Numbered from the stretch's first letter, positions 12,165-22,893 are shown. The stretch is DNA of 64,000 nt from Limnothrix sp. BL-A-16 (GCA_041937175.2 CP166615.1:3200001-3264000); one strand, 5' to 3'. Made by a program: numbers and translations. The notes: generated by a model not told the origin, from the letters alone.

Positions 12165-12583
12165 ACGAATGAGTGGTGGGAAATTGCGGAGGACTGGGGC
12201 ATTGGAGAAAACCAGGAGCTAAGGGGTATTAATGAAAAGATAGGGTCATGATGTCAGGCGGAAGGGCTGGGGGCGAACCACTGAGAAGGCGCGATCGAAT
12301 CGCGATCTTGCGGTGATGCTTGACCGGTGTGGCCGCATCTTCAGATCCCGTTGGTAGATCCCGTTGGTAGATCCCGTTACTAGATCCAGTCAGTCACGCG
12401 AATGAGCTATCGCAGTTGGTGCAGTTTCACCATGCGATCGAGCCTTAACTATCCTTACATGAACTTGCTCTGGGCCATGCAAGGTTTCGGGATCCCCCCA
12501 TCACCGAAATGCTGGCAAGAGTTTGACAATATCTTGATCTCTTTGCTCAGTTCCAGGGCGATCGACATTTTAATAGTCAATCA

Positions 12584-13168
12584 CTACACTGTGAGTCGGG
12601 CCATCACACTGATCGCAACGGAGTTGTCATCATTAGTAGACGGTGTAAATCGCCACCCCATTTTCACTCCGTAATCTGCCATGATTGAAATTAGCCCCAG
12701 GCAGGATTCATTGGACTCTTCACGCCCCATTTGCTCTAGTCGCTGAGCATAAAGTAGGTCAAGATCAGTCGTCAAAATATCATGGATGTGCTTCTGAAAC
12801 CGGATGGCGCGATCGGCCGTTGTGCTGTTGCAAACCAGCAGCAAGATGCTGGATTCATAGAGATAGAGGGAAATGGTGACCGGGCTGTTCACCTGCTCAT
12901 TGCTGAACTTAATTGCATTCTCAATGAGTTCATTAGCAACATAGCTAATACAAGCCTTAACATTCTCTTGAGTGCTGGAGCTATTGGCCGCGTCCTCATT
13001 ATTGCCCGGGAAAAAGGTGGCGAAATAGTCGCCCAAAAAATCGGCCGATAGTCCATAGTTGCGCCAACGAATTTTGCGAGCTTGCGCACTCGGTGAAAAT
13101 CCCAAGGTTAGGTATTCTTGGGTATCAGGTAGGGAATCGTAGAACTCGCCTAAGGTTACATTCATCAC
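12584..13168 (-). CDS. GHKL-type ATP-binding regulator / putative Ser kinase (slr1658 / SiaB-like)
   Basis: RWRNYGLSADFLGDYF, N-box YVANELIENAIKF, C-terminal SCLGLISIMADY..GWRF; sits upstream of the STAS gene. Confidence 0.8.
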   Translation of the reverse strand: MMNVTLGEFYDSLPDTQEYLTLGFSPSAQARKIRWRNYGLSADFLGDYFATFFPGNNEDAANSSSTQENVKACISYVANELIENAIKFSNEQVNSPVTISLYLYESSILLLVCNSTTADRAIRFQKHIHDILTTDLDLLYAQRLEQMGREESNESCLGLISIMADYGVKMGWRFTPSTNDDNSVAISVMARLTV

Positions 13169-13454
13169 GCTTATGCATTGACCAAGCTAAGAACAGGATA
13201 AGGCAAAATTTTCCGAGAGTAGAGGGCTGAATTCAGCATCAACAATGTTTTGGAAACTCCAAGTCATACCTTAAGCTACCAAAACATTCGCACCATCACA
13301 GTTTTGCTGGCTGGTTCAGGAGAGCCTGGATTCAGCCCTGGTGCATGATTGAAGGGCTTTCTCCTGGCGCGATCGAGGGCAATGGTTGACTCAAAATCAT
13401 GACTTCAAAGGCTCCACCGAATTTTTAGGATGATCTTTTAGGACGATCAGCAGG

Positions 13455-14279
13455 ATGATCAGACTTTCCAAAACCCGATTCTCTCCAGTGACCCCGATCG
13501 CGCTTCGGTTAATGAGTCGGCAGGCGCTGGCGATCGCCCGGCGGATTTTGCAGGAGCTGTGGCGACGCAAGCGCAGTTTGGTGTTTTGGTCACTGTTTCC
13601 GGCGCTGGTGTTGGTGCTGAATGGATTGATTTTGGCGGAGCGGGCCCAACTGCCGATCGCGGCGGCCTTTGAGCGGGCGGCTCCGGTTTCCTGGGTGGGG
13701 GCGGCCCTGTTTTTTAGCTGCCTGGGCGGCACGGTGGCAACCCTGGTGGGCGAGCGAGAGTCGGGCACGTTTCGGCGGCTGGGCCTGTCGCCCCTGGGTG
13801 GCATGGCCTATTTTTTGGGAATTAGCCTCGCTCATGGGGCGATCGCCCTAGGCCAGGCGGTCATTGTGGGGATCATTGCCACGGCCGTGGGGGCCCAATT
13901 CCAGGGGGCCTGGTGGTTGGGCGGGGCGATCGGGCTGCTGAGTGTGTTGGCCTATGTGGGGGTGGGCTTTGTACTGGGGGGACAATTTGCCCGGCGCACG
14001 GAGGATGTGAATGCGTTGGTGGCGGCCTTGGGCGTGCCCCTGCTGATTTTGGGCGGCAGCTTTGTGCCCGCTTGGCTGTTTCCGCCCCTGTTGCAACAGT
14101 TGGCCCGTTTTGACCCGATTTACCACATGAATGAGGCCCTGCTGCGGGTGGCCAGCGAGGGAGCCACGGCCGCGGAGATTGCCTTGCATCTGTGGGTGCT
14201 GGGCGGGGTGGCGATCGGGGGCTTGGGCCTGAGCGCGGTGACCTATCAACAACTGTTACGGCGCGATCGTTGCCTTTAG
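13455..14279 (+). CDS. ABC-2 type transporter permease (start may be 13512)
   Basis: Six hydrophobic segments, ERESGTFRRLGLSPL, LGGSFVP..LFP. Confidence 0.85.
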   Translation: MIRLSKTRFSPVTPIALRLMSRQALAIARRILQELWRRKRSLVFWSLFPALVLVLNGLILAERAQLPIAAAFERAAPVSWVGAALFFSCLGGTVATLVGERESGTFRRLGLSPLGGMAYFLGISLAHGAIALGQAVIVGIIATAVGAQFQGAWWLGGAIGLLSVLAYVGVGFVLGGQFARRTEDVNALVAALGVPLLILGGSFVPAWLFPPLLQQLARFDPIYHMNEALLRVASEGATAAEIALHLWVLGGVAIGGLGLSAVTYQQLLRRDRCL

Positions 14280-14356
14280 AACGCTCCATTCTGGGGAACG
14301 CGCTACGCTGAACTTGCAGTCGTTTTGGCCCTTTCCGAGGGGCCTTGCTCCCAACC

Positions 14357-15346
14357 ATGCCTAGCTATCCCGGAATTTCCAGCGAAGCCTTTCGTCATCC
14401 GCTCGATCGCGAAGCCGAGCAAGCCCTGCGAAGCCTGCCGGGATTTGACTTGGTGGCCCGCAAATTTCTAGAAGTGGCGGTCGATCGGCCCCAATATCTC
14501 TACCACATGGGCAACAGCGTCCAAGTGGGGCCCCGTCAATACGCCAGCCTGCATCAGCTCCTGCGGGAGTGCTTGCGAGACCTTGATGTGTTCCCGGAGC
14601 CGGCCCTGTTTGTCAGCCAAAGCTATCAGGTCAACGCCTTCACCATTGGTCAAGAACAGCCCACCCTGGTGCTCACCACCGCCCTGCTGGAATTGCTGAA
14701 CGAAGCCGAATTGCGCGTGGTGTTGGCCCACGAACTGGGACATTTGAAATGTGGCCACAGCACCCTCACCCAAATGGCCATTTGGACGCTGTATGCGGCT
14801 TCCATGGTGGGGCAAATGACCATGGGCTTAAGCAACATGCTGATTAGCAACGCATTGGTCATGGCGTTTTACGAGTGGAAGCGCAAGGCCGAACTGTCGG
14901 CCGATCGAGCCGCCCTGATTGCCACCGACGATCTCGATACCGTCTTGATGACCATGGTGAAAGTGGCCGGCGGTAGTCCCAAACATTTGCAAGAACTGAG
15001 CCTTGCGGAATTCAAAAAGCAAGCCCGCGACTACCAATCCCTGGACGCGGATGCCATGAACCAGGCTTATAAATTCTTTCTTTACAACAACTTGCCCCAG
15101 GGCATGTACAGCAGCCATCCCTTCCCCGTGGAGCGAGCCAGCTATCTCCAAGATTGGGCCACTTCGGCGGAATATCAAGCCATTCGGCGCGGGGACTACC
15201 AACGGGATGTGGCTCAAGGGGCCGTGAATGTGACGGCGAATGCAACCACCACGGCCCGATCGACCGGCAACACCGAAGCCGATCGCCTGCGCCAACAAAT
15301 TGAAGACCTGCAACGGGAACTCGATCGCCTGCGCCCAGCTCGATAG
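14357..15346 (+). CDS. M48 family zinc metallopeptidase
   Basis: VNAF, LAHELGH (HExxH), ELSADRA, SHPFP. Confidence 0.92.
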   Translation: MPSYPGISSEAFRHPLDREAEQALRSLPGFDLVARKFLEVAVDRPQYLYHMGNSVQVGPRQYASLHQLLRECLRDLDVFPEPALFVSQSYQVNAFTIGQEQPTLVLTTALLELLNEAELRVVLAHELGHLKCGHSTLTQMAIWTLYAASMVGQMTMGLSNMLISNALVMAFYEWKRKAELSADRAALIATDDLDTVLMTMVKVAGGSPKHLQELSLAEFKKQARDYQSLDADAMNQAYKFFLYNNLPQGMYSSHPFPVERASYLQDWATSAEYQAIRRGDYQRDVAQGAVNVTANATTTARSTGNTEADRLRQQIEDLQRELDRLRPAR

Positions 15347-15565
15347 CGGCTTGTCGGCATTGGCAGGAATTTTGGGCCGATCGCAGCAATTCAGCAGCCA
15401 TTGATCAGAGTTTGTGGGAATTCAATCGTAACGATCCCACCCTTCAACGACGCACAATCCCAAAAACAAGAAAAACAAGGGGCTTAAGCCCCTTGTCTCA
15501 AAAATTGAAAACAGAGAGCTTAAGCCCCTTGTCTACCCCCATTGGTACTAGGGGCATTTTGCAAG

Positions 15566-15958
15566 TTATTCTTCGCCCTTGCCGTCCACTTGCACCAGGC
15601 GAATGTGCTTGTAGCCCAGCTTGATCTCAAACTCATCGCCCGGCTTCAGACCCATGCTTTGGGTATAGGTCGAACCAATCACGATTTGGCCATTTTGATG
15701 CACCGTCACACGATAGGTCGGTTCGCGGCCCCGACCATCCTTGGCACTTTCCGGATCAATCCGCGTGCCTTTTGCTTCCAACAATGCATCATAAAACTCA
15801 GCCAAGTTCACCTGGACTTGGCCGCTTTTGGTCTCTTTGTAGTAGCCGCAGCGCTTTGCTTTTTCGCGACGGGGCAGATTCGAGAGTTCCTTCAGTTTTT
15901 GCAGTAGGGCTTTACCCTTCAGCGGTGTGGGTTGTTGAGCAGTTGCGGAATCACTCAT
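15566..15958 (-). CDS. Cyanobacterial AbrB-like transcription regulator (cyAbrB1/CalA-like)
   Basis: PLKGKALLQKLKEL..LPRREKAKRCGYY, DGRGREPTYRV, GDEFEIKLGYKHI; divergent from sdhB. Confidence 0.92.
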   Translation of the reverse strand: MSDSATAQQPTPLKGKALLQKLKELSNLPRREKAKRCGYYKETKSGQVQVNLAEFYDALLEAKGTRIDPESAKDGRGREPTYRVTVHQNGQIVIGSTYTQSMGLKPGDEFEIKLGYKHIRLVQVDGKGEE

Positions 15959-16914
15959 TGCTGTCAAACATTCAGTTCAGTTAAAAAAGCCTAGCTCGGC
16001 TGAAGCGGGGTTCCTCAGATGCAATTGCCCTTTAACCCAAGAACGCCGCCGACTTAGCCTAGCGCGTCCCCTAGTCGAGGCCAATTGTTCTGAACTTCCC
16101 CAATTCAGACATCACCTCCTCAGAGACTCTTCGACTCATTGGAGGGTGATCAAACCCCGATCGATCTTGGCTGGATCGATTGTTCGATTTGACTGGATTA
16201 GCCCCCTCAAAAATCAGGGATTTGCCATAATCTGGCAAAATCCAGCGGTAATTCTACAAACGATCAAACCGCACAATCTTGCATCGAAGGATGGTCAGGG
16301 AGGATGTCTCTCTCGATCGGAATTAGGTTTTACCGGTGTTGATCATGCTCTGACAGGCAGCCTAAATTTAGACCGGCCAATGCCAATCATGGCTGAAGCC
16401 TAGGATTTACCCATAAAAATTGATCGCCTAGAGACTAAGCACGGAGATAAATTTTTGAGGCAGCTTAGATGCGCTCCTGGGCAGAATCCAGAAAAACACC
16501 GGAATCGAGATTGACTACCTTAAGACTATAGCCCCAAGCGGCAGAAATTTGAATCGGACTGCTCAAAATTTTTAGATTAAAAAAAGCTCTTGGCTCCCTA
16601 TAGATTGATCTATCCCCCAGGGTGGGTTCGATTGCTTTGATCAGTTCGGGATGACGGCCTTTGCCGCTAAGGCTAAAGCGGGGCTGGCCAAAAGCAAAGA
16701 CAAGGGGAGCGGAAAAAATAGAAAATGTATCCTCTTCAGGGAAGAAGCACTGCAAATTGGGTGTTTTCGGATGATTTTTACGAAAGGGGGCAAGGCGATC
16801 GGACGATGGGCGCGGGATGCTCAAACCCTCCTCAAAAAACATCGCAGATTGTGTGGTGGGGGAGCGGGTCTCCCAGCAATTTGCGACTAGACTAGTATCA
16901 AATCCCTGCCGTAT

Positions 16915-18078
16915 TTGCCGAATCGACCAGCCGTGCAAGTCACTTTCCAAATCATGCGTCGGGAACCCGGATCGTCTCCTCGGGTTCAGTCCTATCGCCT
17001 CGACAATGTTTTACCCGGAAATACGATTCTGGATTGCCTGAATCGTATCAAGTGGGAGCAAGATGGCAGTCTTGGCTTTCGTAAGAATTGTCGCAATACG
17101 ATTTGCGGAAGTTGCGCCATGCGGATTAATGGCCGATCGCGCCTGGCCTGTAAAGAAAATGTTTCGGAGATGTTGACCCGGGCGATCGGGACGGATGAGC
17201 GCGGTGAACCGGTGATTACTGTGGCTCCGATGGGCAATTTACCGGTGATTCGAGATTTGGTGGTGGATCTGCAACCGTTTTGGGCCCGGTTGGAATCGAT
17301 TCACCCGTCGGTGAGTCGGGCGGAACAGTTGGCGGCGGCGGAAACGGTGGCGGCCCAGGAGCGATCGCCCCAGCAAAATCAGACAGTCCCAACCAATCAG
17401 GCCAATCAGGCAAGTCAATTTTTAGATCAACCTCTAGATCAACCTTTGCGGGAAACGCGCCAAACGCCGGATCAGCGGGCCCTTTTGGAGCAGGCGGGCA
17501 ACTGCATCGCTTGTGGGGCCTGCTATTCGGAGTGCAATGCGGTGATGGTGAATCCGCAGTTTGCGGGGCCCCAAGCCCTGGCAAAGGCGCAACGGTTGGT
17601 GGACGATACGCGCGATCGGGCCACGGCGGAACGGTTAAGCCAGTTGGGTGAGGATGGCAGCGGCGTTTGGGGTTGCACGCGCTGTTTTGCTTGCAATGAG
17701 GTTTGCCCGATGGAGGTGAACCCGCTCGATCGCATCTCGCGCATTAAATCGGTATTGTTGGCGCAGGCGGCGACGGCCGGCGAGGCGATCGAACGACCTT
17801 TACGCCACCGCCAAACCCTGGTGCAGATGGTGCGTGAGGGGGGGTGGATTGATGAGCGTCAGTTTGCCATTCGGGTCATTGGCAATTCGGGACGCGATTG
17901 GCGGGGGCTGGCCAGTTTGGCTCCGGTGGGCTGGCGGATGGTGGCTCGGGGCAAAATGCCGCTTACGTTTGAAAAATCCGAGGGCACTGACCAGGTGCGG
18001 GGTCTGATTGATGCGGTGCGGGCGGTGGAAGCGGCCCAAGGCACGGCCCAACCACCCCCGCCCGATCGCGAGTCCTAG
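16915..18078 (+). CDS. sdhB: Succinate dehydrogenase/fumarate reductase iron-sulfur subunit (start may be GTG 16933)
   Basis: RKNCRNTICGSCAMRING..LAC (2Fe-2S), CIACGACYSEC and GCTRCFACNEVCP. Confidence 0.93.
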   Translation: MPNRPAVQVTFQIMRREPGSSPRVQSYRLDNVLPGNTILDCLNRIKWEQDGSLGFRKNCRNTICGSCAMRINGRSRLACKENVSEMLTRAIGTDERGEPVITVAPMGNLPVIRDLVVDLQPFWARLESIHPSVSRAEQLAAAETVAAQERSPQQNQTVPTNQANQASQFLDQPLDQPLRETRQTPDQRALLEQAGNCIACGACYSECNAVMVNPQFAGPQALAKAQRLVDDTRDRATAERLSQLGEDGSGVWGCTRCFACNEVCPMEVNPLDRISRIKSVLLAQAATAGEAIERPLRHRQTLVQMVREGGWIDERQFAIRVIGNSGRDWRGLASLAPVGWRMVARGKMPLTFEKSEGTDQVRGLIDAVRAVEAAQGTAQPPPPDRES

Positions 18079-18124
18079 GGATCGCGAATCCTGGGAATCC
18101 CGTTGTTGAGATCAAACGTAGTTC

Positions 18125-19672
18125 CTAACGAGAACCAAAGGGATCGGGAACCGCTGGCCGGCCCAGCTTGGCCCACAGTTCTGCCTCAATGCGTTTGACG
18201 ATCGACTGTTCATCCAAAGTGGCCAACACGCGCCCGATCGCAGCCCTTGGCCCATCGGGGCCCCAGGAGGCATCGTTGGCTAGGTAGGTTTTGGTCGCTT
18301 GGCCGATCGCATAGGAAGAAACCCCGGCGATCGCGGCTTGGGTGGCGGCGATCGACAGATAGGGCACGGTGGTGATCCCGCCAGTGGCGACGGTGGACAG
18401 GCCCAGAAATCCCTTGAGGGCGCTGAGGCCCAATCGGGCGATCCATTCTCCGGCGCTGAGGCCCCCTAGCCCGATCGCAATGGTTTTCATCAGGGCGATC
18501 GCACCCCGTTGGCCCATGGGAATTCCGTAGAGCCGCGAGAGGGCCAAAATGGTGGCCAGGTCGATCGCCGCGCCCCCCACCAAGTCCAACACCACCACGG
18601 GATTCACCGCCACAGCAATCGCTTTGGCAATCGTGCCATTCCAAATCAGCCGATCGGCAGAGCGATCCCGCAGGGCCAACTTGCGCGACAGGATTCGATC
18701 GCCCGCCGCTTGGGCATAAAGCAACGAGTTCAGGGCCACCAGGGCTTTGCCCTCCCTTGCCAACACCTCCAAAATTTTCAGCTTCAGACTTTCCACCTGG
18801 GGCGCACCCCGTTGCAAATCCGCCGCGATCGTCCCGTCGGGCCGCTGCACCACCTGGGCCACCAGGGGAGCCGCCGCCACCATCACAATCTCATCGGGCG
18901 ACAGCAGCTCCCGCACCCGATCGTCCCGAATCTTTTCGTAAATGGCCTGCCGATCGGCCTCGGGAAACTGATCAATCTTGTTCAACACCAGCAGAATCGG
19001 CTTACCCGCTTCCCGCAACTGAGACAGGGCCTCGCATTCCACTTGGGTCATGTCCCCGGCCACCACAAACAGAATCAGATCCGACGCTTGCCCCACTTCC
19101 CGAGCCAGGGCCGCCCGTGCCGCCCCATTCACTTCATCAATGCCCGGCGTGTCCACCAGTTCCACTTGGCCCAAACTGGATGGCACTGTCCAATGGATGC
19201 TCCGGCTAGATTGGGTTACGCCGTGGGTGGGGCCCGTTTCAAAGACCGATCGCCCCAACAGGGCATTGAGCAAGGAAGACTTGCCGCGACTGACGGCCCC
19301 AAACACGGCAATCTGCACCCGCTGATCCTCCAGCTTGTCCAGCATTTGCGCCAAACCCTCCAGATCTGGCTCCAGGCCCGATCGCTCCCGGGGGGTCAAG
19401 TCCAACCGCTCCATCAGCGATCGCAGGGCCGATCGGGCTTGGCGATAGGCCAACTCCGCATCTAAATCCGCCAAAGACTCGATCGCCGCGTCCAATTCCC
19501 GATCGACCGCATCCCACTCATCTAGGCGATCGCTGCTCTCAAAATCATCACCCTCGAAATCATCACTCTCAAAGTCCCCGCGATCCAAGCCACTCCCATC
19601 AGCGTCAGTGGGTCGATCAATCGGCCCTTCCATGGCCTCAGAAAATTCAGAATTTGGCGGATTGGCAGCCAT
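18125..19672 (-). CDS. GTP-binding protein with C-terminal DUF697/YcjF-like membrane domain
   Basis: G1 GAVSRGKSS, G3 DTPG, G4 NKID, hydrophobic C-terminal helices; acidic N-terminus. Confidence 0.88.
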   Translation of the reverse strand: MAANPPNSEFSEAMEGPIDRPTDADGSGLDRGDFESDDFEGDDFESSDRLDEWDAVDRELDAAIESLADLDAELAYRQARSALRSLMERLDLTPRERSGLEPDLEGLAQMLDKLEDQRVQIAVFGAVSRGKSSLLNALLGRSVFETGPTHGVTQSSRSIHWTVPSSLGQVELVDTPGIDEVNGAARAALAREVGQASDLILFVVAGDMTQVECEALSQLREAGKPILLVLNKIDQFPEADRQAIYEKIRDDRVRELLSPDEIVMVAAAPLVAQVVQRPDGTIAADLQRGAPQVESLKLKILEVLAREGKALVALNSLLYAQAAGDRILSRKLALRDRSADRLIWNGTIAKAIAVAVNPVVVLDLVGGAAIDLATILALSRLYGIPMGQRGAIALMKTIAIGLGGLSAGEWIARLGLSALKGFLGLSTVATGGITTVPYLSIAATQAAIAGVSSYAIGQATKTYLANDASWGPDGPRAAIGRVLATLDEQSIVKRIEAELWAKLGRPAVPDPFGSR

Positions 19673-19726
19673 GGGCGATCGGGAATAACCATTGAGAATA
19701 GAAATTGATTTAAGCCACACCTGTCA

Positions 19727-20081
19727 GAGACTGTCTGAAAAGTATCTTTGGACTACAAACCAGCGACAATAGTCGTGAAGGCAAGGGGCTTAGGGGGTGT
19801 CGTCAAATCGCCTGAAACCTTTATTCCGCCGTTGACAGATCGCGGGGGACAAGGAGCTTAGGGGGTGTCGTCAAATCGCCTGAAACCTTGATTCCGCCGT
19901 TGACAGATCGCGGGGGACAAGGGGCTTAAGCCCCTTGTTACAACGATTGGGGTCAGGATAATCAACTGTTTTCGCCTGACCCTCGGAAATGACGATAGCC
20001 CCTAATCCCCTTGTTTTCGTCGATCACCGGGGCGATCGCTGGGACAAGCATGGTTTTAATATTGACTGCTCAGACATCCAC
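19727..20081. mobile_element. Composite MITE: outer element (TIR GAGACTGTCTGAAAAG ... CTGCTCAGACATCCAC, TCA target duplication) holding a half copy (19793-19860) and a full 142-bp inner MITE (19861-20002) at the centre of the palindrome
   Basis: TCA at 19724-26 and 20082-84; split palindrome halves CAAGGGGCT|TA and TA|ATCCCCTTG. Confidence 0.75.
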
Positions 20082-20092
20082 TCAGCATTAAA

Positions 20093-20992
20093 TCAGCATT
20101 GGATCAGACCTTTTTTGGCGATTAATAATTCCTGACCCGCCTTCGATCGCCGGCCTTGGGTATTGGTCATACTGTAGGGCTTAGTCCAGGGTAAACAGTC
20201 CGCCCAATCGGCCGGATAGAGATCCTGAATTGCTTCACAATTATCGATCGTCATTAGCCAATTGTGGGGACAGTCGCGCAAGGACTCGGCTAATTGTTGA
20301 TGATTAAAACCCTTGTGTAAATCACCCGATCGCCCATATAACCGCGATTGTTCCGCTGAAAAATAGGGCGGATCGAGAAAAATAAACACATCCTCACCGG
20401 GCGCATGAATCAGTTCCCGATAATCGCCCAGGGTCAAGCGCACGCCCGCTAACCGACCCTGCAAATTTTCCAGCCGTTGAATGCTGGACTCGGTGAACCG
20501 ACCGCAATAGGCCGCCGCCGTCATGCCGCCGGATTCCGTGAGGCCGCTGGCGGTGCTGCGATTCAAAATAAAAAATCGCGCCGCATTATGGAGCCGATCG
20601 CCCGGTAAGTTCGCCAGTTTTTGTTGATAGCGATCGCGAAATGCCACCCATTGATCGCACTTGCGCCGCTCGCCGTCGTAGTCATCCCGCAGCGATCGCA
20701 CCAACCGGGCTAGGGCGATCGCATCGATTTGCACCTGTTGCCAAAAATCCATCAACAACGGATTCGCATCATTGGCCCAAAATGCTTGCGCCACCTGCGA
20801 CCCGATCGCATGGAGCAACACACTGCCGCCCCCCAAAAACGGCTCCCGATATTCCTTCGCCGATCGAAAATAGGGCGTAAAAATCGGCAGGTCTTTTTGT
20901 TTCCCCCCCGGATATCGCAGGGGCGATCGCCAATCGCGCCAGTCAACAGCGGTCACAGGGCGATCGGGTGAATCAGGAGTCATCGTTTTCAT
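20093..20992 (-). CDS. DNA adenine methyltransferase (Dam/D12 class), apparently solitary
   Basis: SPLRYPGGK, motif I EPFLGGGSV, motif IV FLDPPY. Confidence 0.9.
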   Translation of the reverse strand: MKTMTPDSPDRPVTAVDWRDWRSPLRYPGGKQKDLPIFTPYFRSAKEYREPFLGGGSVLLHAIGSQVAQAFWANDANPLLMDFWQQVQIDAIALARLVRSLRDDYDGERRKCDQWVAFRDRYQQKLANLPGDRLHNAARFFILNRSTASGLTESGGMTAAAYCGRFTESSIQRLENLQGRLAGVRLTLGDYRELIHAPGEDVFIFLDPPYFSAEQSRLYGRSGDLHKGFNHQQLAESLRDCPHNWLMTIDNCEAIQDLYPADWADCLPWTKPYSMTNTQGRRSKAGQELLIAKKGLIQC

Positions 20993-21010
20993 GGAGCGTT
21001 GATTGGCTAA

Positions 21011-21153
21011 GGGGGTGTCGTTACAATCGCCCGAAACCCTGGTTCTGTCGTTAGCAGATCGTTAGGCAGCAAGGGGCTTAAGCCCCTTGTTACGACAACT
21101 GGTGCCTGGAAAATTCATCATTTCAGCTTGTGACTCGCAAGCAACGGCAGGGC
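21011..21153 (+). mobile_element. Diverged copy of the 142-bp MITE containing the central palindrome
   Basis: GGGGGTGTCGTT start, GAAACCCTG..CGTTAGCAGATCG, palindrome at 21070-21089; right end degenerate. Confidence 0.65.
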
Positions 21154-21421
21154 TTACGGCCGTGAGCCTCTAAGGATTTTGATGGGGTTGATTCGTGACC
21201 TTCAATCGCCTCCGCGCCAATCAACGGGCGATCGCCAGTGACGCGATAGAATAAGACCTCTGAATCGGCCCGGCAAGTTGCCCGCCGATCGCCCGTTTAC
21301 CCGATCGGACTGACGCACCCTCGACCGAGCTGGGGCAAGGGGCTTAAGCCCCTTGTCTGAGTAGACTATCGCGCTAGTCCTCAATCTGAGAGATACACCC
21401 ACCACAGAGCGATCGCCCGTC

Positions 21422-22831
21422 ATGAGCCAAGGAACCCTCTTCGACAAAGTTTGGGATTTGCACACCGTCGCCACATTGCCCTCGGGCCAAACCCAACTGT
21501 TCGTTGGCCTGCATCTGATCCACGAAGTGACCAGCCCCCAAGCCTTCGCGATGCTGCGCGAACGTGGGCTACAGGTTCCCTTCCCCCAACGCACCGTGGC
21601 CACCGTTGATCACATTGTCCCCACCCAACTGCAACAACGCCAGCGGCCCTTCATCGATTCCCTGGCCGAGGACATGATCGTGGCCCTTGAGCAAAGCTGC
21701 CAAGAATTCGGGATTCGGTTCTATAACATCGGTTCCGGCAAGCAAGGCATTGTCCACGTGATTGCCCCCGAACAGGGCTTGACCCAACCGGGCATGACGA
21801 TCGCCTGTGGTGACAGCCACACCTCCACCCACGGCGCATTCGGGGCCATTTCCTTTGGGATTGGCACTAGCCAAGTGCGCGACGTGCTGGCTTCCCAAAC
21901 CCTGGCCATGACCAAGCCGAAAGTGCGCCGCGTGGAAGTGAACGGCGACCTGCGCCCCGGGGTCTACGCCAAAGACGTGGTGTTGCACATCATCCGCAAG
22001 CTAGGCGTGAAAGGCGGCGTGGGCTATGCCTACGAATATGCAGGCACGACCTTTGAGGCGATGAGCATGGAAGAACGGATGACCGTTTGCAACATGAGCA
22101 TCGAAGGCGGCGCGCGCTGCGGCTACGTGAACCCCGACCCAATCACGTTCGACTATTTGCAAGGGCGCGAGTTTGCCCCCAAGGGAGCCGATTGGGATGC
22201 GGCGGTGGCTTGGTGGACAAGCGTTCGCAGCGATGCAGATGCCCAATACGACGATGTGGTGGTGTTCGATGCGGCGGAGATTGAACCGACCGTCACTTGG
22301 GGGATCACGCCTGGTCAGGGCATTGGCGTGACGGAAACGATCCCGACCGTAGACGAACTGGAGGAGGGCGATCGCTCGATCGCCAAGGAAGCCTACGACT
22401 ACATGCAGCTCGCCCCGGGCCAGGCGATCGCCGGAACCAAAATCGACGTGTGCTTCATCGGCAGTTGCACCAATGGCCGGATCAGCGATTTGCGCGAAGC
22501 CGCCAAAGTCGCCCAGGGTCGCCAAGTGGTCGAAGGGATCACCGCCTTCGTCGTCCCCGGTTCCGAATCCGTGAAGCAAGCGGCCGAAGCGGAAGGCCTG
22601 CACGAAATCTTCAAGGCCGCCGGGTTTGAGTGGCGGGAAGCCGGTTGCTCCATGTGTTTGGCCATGAACCCAGACAAGTTGCAGGGCAGCCAAATCAGTG
22701 CCTCGTCCTCGAACCGCAACTTCAAGGGCCGTCAGGGTTCCGCCAGCGGCCGCACGTTGCTGATGAGTCCGGCCATGGTGGCCGCCGCCGCTGTGACCGG
22801 CACGGTTACCGACGTGCGCGAGTTGCTGTAG
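21422..22831 (+). CDS. leuC: 3-isopropylmalate dehydratase large subunit
   Basis: [52 protein letters not shown]. Confidence 0.98.
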   Translation: MSQGTLFDKVWDLHTVATLPSGQTQLFVGLHLIHEVTSPQAFAMLRERGLQVPFPQRTVATVDHIVPTQLQQRQRPFIDSLAEDMIVALEQSCQEFGIRFYNIGSGKQGIVHVIAPEQGLTQPGMTIACGDSHTSTHGAFGAISFGIGTSQVRDVLASQTLAMTKPKVRRVEVNGDLRPGVYAKDVVLHIIRKLGVKGGVGYAYEYAGTTFEAMSMEERMTVCNMSIEGGARCGYVNPDPITFDYLQGREFAPKGADWDAAVAWWTSVRSDADAQYDDVVVFDAAEIEPTVTWGITPGQGIGVTETIPTVDELEEGDRSIAKEAYDYMQLAPGQAIAGTKIDVCFIGSCTNGRISDLREAAKVAQGRQVVEGITAFVVPGSESVKQAAEAEGLHEIFKAAGFEWREAGCSMCLAMNPDKLQGSQISASSSNRNFKGRQGSASGRTLLMSPAMVAAAAVTGTVTDVRELL

Positions 22832-22866
22832 CCGCGAGCAGGGCTTGTTCGCTGAAATTGCGGGTG

Positions 22867-22893
22867 AGGGCAGGTTTCAATCCTGCCCCTACC
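22867..22893 (-). repeat. GTAG-type REP-like hairpin (GTAGGGGCAGG-ATTGAAA-CCTGCCCCT) downstream of leuC
   Basis: 9-bp stem whose 5' end overlaps a GTAG tetranucleotide on the minus strand. Confidence 0.55.

Noticed and set aside
16000..16914. ORFs or ncRNA between cyAbrB and sdhB
   Set aside because: No protein motifs or recognisable RNA family; likely a divergent promoter region.
21422..22831. leuC without leuD; argZ as a novel fusion
   Set aside because: Scattered leu genes are usual in cyanobacteria, and ArgZ/AgrE is a described enzyme.
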